A stretch of 36,609 nt of DNA, taken from Candidatus Nanopelagicales bacterium. GTDB lineage: Bacteria; Actinomycetota; Actinomycetes; S36-B12. Position numbers and translations under genes: made by a program. Every line of letters starts with the position of its first letter. Positions within the stretch are counted from its first letter, which is position 1. Shown piece after piece: positions 31,284 through 36,609 of the stretch. The stretch covers positions 1 through 36,609 of the forward strand of contig JAULZL010000038.1 in NCBI GenBank assembly GCA_032117355.1. The letters are read 5' to 3'. Below the pieces are notes generated by a model. That model did no database searches and was not told the origin of the DNA. It was given only the letters and a program-made list of their open reading frames with translations.

Positions 31284-32281
31284 TGACCGCATCCGACCAA
31301 GACTTCATCGCGGCATGGCAGCGACTCAAGCGACCCGCAGATGTAGCAAAGGCGCTCGACCTATCAATCCGGCAAGTGTTCACGCGCCGCCGATCGCTCG
31401 AGACGAAGCACGGCATCGTGCTCTCGTCCGAGAACAGCAGGGTATGCAACGAGGACACGCGAGGCCCGTCGGGCGCAGCCTTCCGCGCCAGCAAGCTCGC
31501 CGCCGAGCGGGCGGTCAAGTACGAGGGCGAGATGCACGACACGCTCACCGACGGCGTGGTGTTAGTGGCGTCGGATTGCCATTACTGGCCGGGGGTTGTC
31601 ACCGTTGCGCACGAAGCCTTCTGCCGTCTCGCCAAGGCGCTCAAGCCCGAGATGGTCATCCTCAACGGCGACATCCTCGACGGGGCTCGCATCAGCCGCC
31701 ACCCGCGCATCATGTGGGAGCAGCAGCCGCAGCTGAAGGATGAGATCCACACCGTGCAGGACCGCTGCGCCGAGATCGAGCGGGCGGCAGGCTCGGCCAA
31801 GCTCGTGCGCACCATCGGCAACCATGATGCGCGGTTCGAGAACTATTTGTCTGGCCGCGTCGCCGAGGTCGAGGGGATGCCGGGTTCGACCCTGCTCGAC
31901 TTCCTGCCATCGTGGCGGGCTGGGTGGTCGCTGCACCTCAACGCCAAGACGGATGGCTGGGTCTGCATCCGGCACCGCCCGGTCAATGGCGGCATCCACG
32001 CGGCGTACAACTCCGCGCTCAAGTCCGGCGTGAGCTACGTCCACGGCCACCTGCACCAGCTCAAAGTCACGCCATGGGGCGACTACCGTGGGCGCAGGTA
32101 CGGCGTGGACACCGGCACGATGGCCGACATCACCGGCCCGCAGTTCACCTATGTCGAGGCGGGGCCGGTCAACTGGGCGTCGGGGTTCGCTGTCCTGACA
32201 TTTCGAGAAAAGCGAATGCTGCCGCCCGAGCTTTGCGTCGTCGAGGGCGGCAAGGCGTGGTTCCGGGGCGAGGCGGTATGA
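31280..32281 (+). CDS. Calcineurin-like metallophosphoesterase with an N-terminal HTH-like segment (333 aa)
   Basis: All the phosphoesterase motifs I looked for are present: SDCH, NGDILDG, GNHD and GHLH. The N-terminus reads DFIAAWQRLKRPADVAKALDLSIRQVFTRRRSLE. Confidence 0.75.
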   Translation: MMTASDQDFIAAWQRLKRPADVAKALDLSIRQVFTRRRSLETKHGIVLSSENSRVCNEDTRGPSGAAFRASKLAAERAVKYEGEMHDTLTDGVVLVASDCHYWPGVVTVAHEAFCRLAKALKPEMVILNGDILDGARISRHPRIMWEQQPQLKDEIHTVQDRCAEIERAAGSAKLVRTIGNHDARFENYLSGRVAEVEGMPGSTLLDFLPSWRAGWSLHLNAKTDGWVCIRHRPVNGGIHAAYNSALKSGVSYVHGHLHQLKVTPWGDYRGRRYGVDTGTMADITGPQFTYVEAGPVNWASGFAVLTFREKRMLPPELCVVEGGKAWFRGEAV

Positions 32282-32436
32282 GCGACACCCTGCTCTGCCG
32301 TCTGTGCTGGTGGGCGGCTGGCATCACCCAAAAGCAGAGCCGGGTCTGGTGCTCTCATGCAGTGCATCACGGGTGGTACACTGACGCCCCCGGCTGCGAT
32401 GGCAAGGCCTTTCGCCAGGACGACGACCGAAAATGA
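32278..32436 (+). CDS. Cys-rich miniprotein (52 aa), putative zinc ribbon
   Basis: MSDTLLCRLCWWAAG...VWCSHAVHHGWYTDAPGCDGKAFRQ. ATGA overlap upstream. Confidence 0.4.
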   Translation: MSDTLLCRLCWWAAGITQKQSRVWCSHAVHHGWYTDAPGCDGKAFRQDDDRK

Positions 32437-32726
32437 ATCACATGCTGGCGCGTATCCGTCAGATCCTGTGGAGAAGCCGCGCATACAAGCGGCTGTTCCT
32501 CAACCCCCAGAGTAATGAACTGTCCGACGATGGCCGGATAGTGATCGCGCATCTGAAGCGGTTTGCGAGGCTCGGAAAGCCTCCGGCATCACCCGGTGCG
32601 CAGGTGGACATGTTCCAAGTTGGCCGGATGGTTGGCCGACAGGAAACGGTGCAGATGATTGTCGAGGCGCTGCACCTGGACGAGAGAACCTTGACCAATC
32701 TGCAAGAGGACTTCAGAGATGAGTGA
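32433..32726 (+). CDS. Hypothetical protein (97 aa), possibly Bbp19-like (recalled from memory only)
   Basis: Coupled on both sides and positioned just upstream of the scaffold gene. Contains GRIVIAHLKRF...VGRMVGRQETVQMIVEAL. Confidence 0.45.
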   Translation: MNHMLARIRQILWRSRAYKRLFLNPQSNELSDDGRIVIAHLKRFARLGKPPASPGAQVDMFQVGRMVGRQETVQMIVEALHLDERTLTNLQEDFRDE

Positions 32727-33576
32727 CGAACAAGGGTCTGCACCCGCAGGCAACCCGACTGCTCCGGCAGCGGCTCCTGCATGGTACGCGCCGGAAGGTC
32801 TCGACCCCACCACCACGGGCCAGCTCGGCGAGTTGGTCAAGGCGAAGGGGTGGAAGGGACCGGCTGACGCACTTCTGTCCTATCAAAACCTCGAGAAGGT
32901 GTTCGGCGCTGACAAGGCCGGTCGCACCATTCTCGCCCCCAAGTCCGATGATGACGCTGACGGGTGGAGCGCGGTCTACAACCGGCTCGGTCGCCCGGAG
33001 AGTGCTGACAAGTACGAGCTGCCGGTGCCGGATGGCGATGACGGCTCGTTTGCGCAGGCTGCGGCCCCGGTGCTGCACGAGCTCGGGCTTACCACGAAAC
33101 AGGCCAAGGGGCTTGCGGAGTGGTGGAACCAAGCTTCGGGCTCGCGCATCGAGGCGGCTGACGAGGCGTTTTCTAAGCAGTCCGAGGCCGAGTATTCGGC
33201 GCTCAAGGGCGAGTGGGGCGCGGCTGCTGCCCAGAACGAGGAGCTCGCCAAGCGGGCGGTGCTCAAGTTCGGCAAGGAAGCCGGGATCGACGAGGCGACC
33301 TTTGACTCGCTCGAGCGGGCGATCGGCACCGCAAAGGTGATGAAACTGTTCCACGCCATTGGTGCCAAGTTCGGCGAGGCTGACTTTGTGGGCAGCGACA
33401 CCCCGTCGAGCGGTGCGTTGACCCCGGCGCAGGCCAAGAACAAGGTGGCTTCGCTGTTCGCCGATCAGGAGTTCATGGGTCGGTACATGCACCAAGACCA
33501 GCGCGTCCGGCAGAGTGCCATCGAGGAGATGATGACGCTTAACCGGATGGCGAATCCGGGTGTCACCGAGGAGTAG
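32719..33576 (+). CDS. Scaffolding protein
   Basis: 285 aa, acidic and Ala-rich, with a helical character. It lies immediately upstream of the major capsid gene, in the T7 gp9 position. Confidence 0.6.
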   Translation: MSDEQGSAPAGNPTAPAAAPAWYAPEGLDPTTTGQLGELVKAKGWKGPADALLSYQNLEKVFGADKAGRTILAPKSDDDADGWSAVYNRLGRPESADKYELPVPDGDDGSFAQAAAPVLHELGLTTKQAKGLAEWWNQASGSRIEAADEAFSKQSEAEYSALKGEWGAAAAQNEELAKRAVLKFGKEAGIDEATFDSLERAIGTAKVMKLFHAIGAKFGEADFVGSDTPSSGALTPAQAKNKVASLFADQEFMGRYMHQDQRVRQSAIEEMMTLNRMANPGVTEE

Positions 33577-33632
33577 TTGCATCCGGCAGATGGTCGTCGT
33601 ACTATCCGCCCGTGTGTTCTCCTCTGTGTGTT

Positions 33633-33660
33633 GCCGGGAGGGTTAAACCTCCCGGCTCTT
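33633..33660 (+). terminator. Hairpin or partial intrinsic terminator between the scaffold and capsid genes
   Basis: GCCGGGAGG-TTAAA-CCTCCCGGC is a perfect 9-bp stem, followed by TCTTT. Confidence 0.5.
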
Positions 33661-33805
33661 TACCAGAGGTCGGGTAAGCCGCGAGGCCCCGCTGACAGCC
33701 GGAAAGACGGTCGCTCGGCCCGAGCGGAACGGGCAAGGATTCCGGCCCCGGTAACGGACAAGCCATCCGAGAACATCGTCATTTAATGTTTTCTGGAGGG
33801 CTATC

Positions 33806-34693
33806 ATGGCCGACAATATCGCATCCGTTTATGCCGTTCAGTACGGCACGAACATCTCGCTGCTCCTGCAGCAGAAAGGCTCCAAGCTGCGCCAAGCGGT
33901 GCAGACTGGCTCGTACAAGGGCAAGGCTTCTGAAGTCGTCACGCAGTACGGTGCCACCAGCGCCCGTGCCGTTTCGACCCGGTACTCGCCGATCGTCCCG
34001 GTCAACACTCCGAACAACCGCCGTTGGGTGTTCCCGGAGGATTTCGACTGGGCTGACCTGATCGACAACTTCGACAAGCTCCGTCTCCTCGCCGACCCGC
34101 AGTCTGCCTATTCGCAGAACGGGCTCTACGCGATGGGCCGCGCCATCGATGATGTCATCATCTCGGGCATCTTCGGAACGAACAAGACCGGCGAGGCCGG
34201 TGGCACGAGCACCGTGTTCGATGCCACCAACCAGCAAGTCGCTGTGAACTACGCTGCCTCGGGCAACGTGGGCCTCACGGTGGACAAGCTGCGTGAAGCG
34301 CGTCGCATCCTGATGGAGAACGAGGTCGACCTCGATGCCGAATCGGCGTACTGCGCCATTTCTGCCGAGCAGCACGACGACCTTCTCGGTCAGTTGCAGG
34401 TCACGAACGCCGACTTCAACACCGATGCTCCGGTGCTGCAGGATGGCAAGGTGACCCGCTTCCTCGGGATCAACTTCATCCACACCGAGCGTCTTCCGAC
34501 CTCCTCGAGCCATCGTCGCTGCCCCGTGTGGGTGCCGTCGGGTGTTCACCTGGGCGTCTGGAACGACATCATGTCCAACGTCACGCAGCGTCGTGACCTG
34601 TCTTCGCACCCGTATCAGGTCTACCTGATGGGTACCTTCGGCGCGACGCGCACGGAAGAGAAGAAGGTCGTCGACATCCTGTGCGCGGAATAA
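33806..34693 (+). CDS. Major capsid protein
   Basis: 295 aa with a strong GGAGGG RBS. It lies after the scaffold gene and is flanked by hairpins. The composition is typical of HK97-fold podovirus coat proteins. Confidence 0.8.
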   Translation: MADNIASVYAVQYGTNISLLLQQKGSKLRQAVQTGSYKGKASEVVTQYGATSARAVSTRYSPIVPVNTPNNRRWVFPEDFDWADLIDNFDKLRLLADPQSAYSQNGLYAMGRAIDDVIISGIFGTNKTGEAGGTSTVFDATNQQVAVNYAASGNVGLTVDKLREARRILMENEVDLDAESAYCAISAEQHDDLLGQLQVTNADFNTDAPVLQDGKVTRFLGINFIHTERLPTSSSHRRCPVWVPSGVHLGVWNDIMSNVTQRRDLSSHPYQVYLMGTFGATRTEEKKVVDILCAE

Positions 34694-34707
34694 GGGAGTA
34701 AATAGTC

Positions 34708-35211
34708 ATGGCAGTTGTTGCAGTTAAATCAACCCTTATCACCAACGCAGACGCGACCCCGGTCGTGCTCAACAACCCCCGTGTAGACGGCGGCTTTGAG
34801 CGCATTGAGGTTGCCACGGCGGCGATCACGGACACGGACAGCATTGCTTCGACCTACCGGATGTTCCGGGTGCCGTCGAATGCGGTGATGACTGATCTCC
34901 GTATCTACTCGCCCGACATCGGCACGACCACGATTTCCGACATTGGCCTGTATCGCACGGCCAAGGACGGTGGCGCTGTGGTCGATGCGGACTTCTTCGC
35001 TTCGGCCCTGTCCCTCAAGGACGGTGCGCTCAACGGCGTGGATGTGCTGCATGAGTCGGCGGTGTTCTCGATTGCGAACAGCGGCAAGGAGCTGTGGGAC
35101 GCGCTCGCTCTCACCTCTGATCCGGGCGTGTTCTACGATGTGGCCTTCACTCTGACAGCGGCGGCTGACGCCACCGCCACCGTGAAGCTCATCGGTCGCT
35201 ACACGGCGTAA
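34708..35211 (+). CDS. Putative capsid decoration or cement protein (167 aa)
   Basis: Beta-rich and directly downstream of the capsid gene, inside the same hairpin-bounded unit. The assignment rests on position and on analogy to BPP-1-type cement proteins. Confidence 0.45.
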   Translation: MAVVAVKSTLITNADATPVVLNNPRVDGGFERIEVATAAITDTDSIASTYRMFRVPSNAVMTDLRIYSPDIGTTTISDIGLYRTAKDGGAVVDADFFASALSLKDGALNGVDVLHESAVFSIANSGKELWDALALTSDPGVFYDVAFTLTAAADATATVKLIGRYTA

Positions 35212-35217
35212 GGTACA

Positions 35218-35252
35218 GGGGCGGGTCGGGTAACCGGCTCGCCCCTTCTTTC
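35218..35252 (+). terminator. Intrinsic terminator after the capsid/decoration unit
   Basis: GGGGCGGGTCGG-GTAA-CCGGCTCGCCCC forms a 12-bp stem including 2 G-U pairs, followed by TTCTTTC. Confidence 0.65.
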
Positions 35253-35263
35253 GGGAGACGAAC

Positions 35264-35458
35264 ATGGCAGAGCGTTTTTACGGAATCGATCGGGGCGAGC
35301 AGGGTGTTCGCAACGTGACGGAAGGTGCAGCCTCCACGGCCACGACCGATGTCGAGGTGCGTGTTGACCTAGCCGCCGATATGCAAAAGATGGAAGTCTT
35401 GCTTGCCCTTGATGTCATCAAGGAAGCGATCATCCAGGATACTTGGCCGCCAGCCTAA
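35264..35458 (+). CDS. Hypothetical virion-module protein (64 aa)
   Basis: Lies between the capsid unit and the tail tubular A gene. Starts MAERFYGIDRGEQG. Confidence 0.5.
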   Translation: MAERFYGIDRGEQGVRNVTEGAASTATTDVEVRVDLAADMQKMEVLLALDVIKEAIIQDTWPPA

Positions 35459-35476
35459 TAGCTGCGGGAGGCGCCC

Positions 35477-36079
35477 GTGGCTACGAGTGATGTTGCGATT
35501 GCGAATCTCGCGCTCACCAAGATTGGTGACTTGCGGATCACTTCGCTTACGGATAACACCAAGCCTGCGCGTGAGCTGAACGCCATCTATGGGATGCTGC
35601 GGGACAAACTGCAGCGCACCTACAACTGGCGCTTCTGCGTAAAGCGGGCGAACATCGCGGCAGATGTCGCGGTGCCGACCTTCGGCTACTCATACCAGTA
35701 CACTCTGCCGACCGACTGTCTGCGCATCCTGCAGGTCGGCGCGTACTTCCCTGCGCCGGATCTGTCCGACCTGATTGGCGGCGGTGGGCAGGAGTACCAG
35801 CTCGAGGGCGGCAAGATACTGACCAACTCATCTGGTCAGATGAACCTGCGGTATCTGTCGCGGGTGACTGACCCGACCCAGTTCGACTCGTCGTTTGACG
35901 AGGCGTTTTCGGCTCTGCTGGCGTACAACGTAGCAGAGGCTTTGACACAATCTGACGCTAAAAAGAACGCGGCGCTGCGCGACTATCGCCTGTGTCTGAC
36001 GGAGGCGGTCCGAGCAAACGCCATTGAAAACCCACCGGAGTCGATTGCCGACACGACTTGGCTGTCCGTGAGGCTCTGA
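35477..36079 (+). CDS. Tail tubular protein A-like (T7 gp11 position) adaptor
   Basis: 200 aa with a GTG start. The pattern VAIANLALTKIGDLRITSL...YNWRFCVKRA...YTLPTDCLRI resembles gp11-family proteins. Confidence 0.65.
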   Translation: MATSDVAIANLALTKIGDLRITSLTDNTKPARELNAIYGMLRDKLQRTYNWRFCVKRANIAADVAVPTFGYSYQYTLPTDCLRILQVGAYFPAPDLSDLIGGGGQEYQLEGGKILTNSSGQMNLRYLSRVTDPTQFDSSFDEAFSALLAYNVAEALTQSDAKKNAALRDYRLCLTEAVRANAIENPPESIADTTWLSVRL

Positions 36080-36599
36080 TGCCAAACGTCAACCCAGCGA
36101 TCGTCAACTTCAACGGTGGCGAGGTCGGGTCGCTGATGAGCGGTCGCACCGACTTCGACAAGTACGCCTCCTCGACCTTCCGTATGCGGCGGTTCATCCC
36201 GACCGCGCAGGGTCCGGCGAAGCGGTGTCCCGGCACGAAGTATGTCCTGCAGACGCTGTACTCTGACAAGCGGGTGTGGCTGCAGCGGTTCGAGTTCGCC
36301 TTCGACCAGGCGTATGTCATCGAGTTCGGCGATTACTACTGCAGGCTTTTCACCGACCGTGGGGTGGTGCTCGAGGACCCGCTCGACATCTCGAACATCA
36401 CGCAGGCGAGTCCGGGTGTGCTGACCTATGTAGGTGCAGACCCGTCGAACGGCGACTGGATGTACATCTCGCAGGTTGCTGGCATGTCACAGGTGAATGG
36501 CCGGTATGTAAAGGTGACGAATGTCAATGCCGGAGCCAAGACCTTCGAGCTCTACGACATCGACGGAGGCGTGATCGACACGACCGGGTACACGGCCTA
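36079..36599 (+). CDS. Tail tubular protein B-like, 5' part. It continues at nt 1-2467. The apparent stop at 36598-36600 is created by the adapter junction.
   Basis: The ATG at 36079 overlaps the gp11-like TGA. The last 42 codons are identical to the start of the window. Confidence 0.6.
36474..36599. repeat. Terminal assembly overlap, identical to nt 1-126
   Basis: Direct comparison of the two window ends. Confidence 0.95.
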
Positions 36600-36609
36600 A
36601 GATCGGAAG
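36600..36609. other. Illumina TruSeq-type adapter stub (AGATCGGAAG), which is not phage sequence
   Basis: Exact match to the first 10 nt of the common adapter AGATCGGAAGAGC. It starts exactly where identity with the window start ends. Confidence 0.9.

Noticed and set aside
1-36609. CRISPR arrays, rRNA genes, transposases or IS elements, integrase with an att site, toxin-antitoxin pairs, and phage-encoded RNA or DNA polymerase.
   Set aside because: I saw no spaced direct repeats, no long structured RNA genes and no DDE, tyrosine- or serine-recombinase or polymerase motifs in any of the listed ORFs. This is a by-eye assessment and should be confirmed with profile searches.

Overview
The window is essentially one complete high-GC tailed-phage genome, podovirus-like and about 36,473 bp. 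It was assembled as a circle: nt 1-126 are repeated at 36474-36599, and the last 10 nt (AGATCGGAAG) are an Illumina adapter stub. One structural gene, tail tubular protein B-like, is therefore split across the window ends.

Gene order on the + strand:
- Cro-like HTH, then unknown early ORFs and a PD-(D/E)XK resolvase-like gene.
- Five tiny, mostly basic proteins, then terS and terL.
- Fibre set 1, then the portal.
- A lysis and accessory island: M15 endolysin, holin, Rz with embedded Rz1, a small HExxH protein, an HTH-metallophosphoesterase and a Zn-ribbon miniprotein.
- Scaffold, major capsid and a putative decoration protein.
- Tail tubular A and B, a GNAT, two internal virion proteins and a 2567-aa giant polyvalent internal protein.
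- A pectate-lyase-like tailspike and a second fibre.

A leftward early operon (18751 down to 15076) carries Erf, a YqaJ exonuclease, NinB, an 87-aa protein with an SSB-type tail, and a DUF1364/YbcO-like protein. The virion gene order is T7-like and, by inference only, resembles the BPP-1 group. I see no phage RNA polymerase, DNA polymerase, helicase/primase, integrase, CI-type repressor, reverse transcriptase, tRNA or CRISPR array.

Most interesting signals:
1. A self-contained minus-strand promoter-to-terminator unit of about 72 nt, antisense to the ORF after cro, in the same position as lambda OOP RNA.
2. A stem-loop motif (GCTGGGC-loop ending TACCAAA-GCCCAGCG) present twice: after the early ORF and at the terS/terL junction.
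3. A roughly 1.4-kb low-GC in-frame block inside the giant virion protein, just upstream of its HExxH motif.
4. Low-GC mosaic patches in the receptor-binding proteins.
5. The miniature protein with an SSB-type C-terminal tail.
6. The HExxH plus HTH-metallophosphoesterase pair that sits between portal and scaffold.

All functional calls come from motif recognition by eye. No database search was run.
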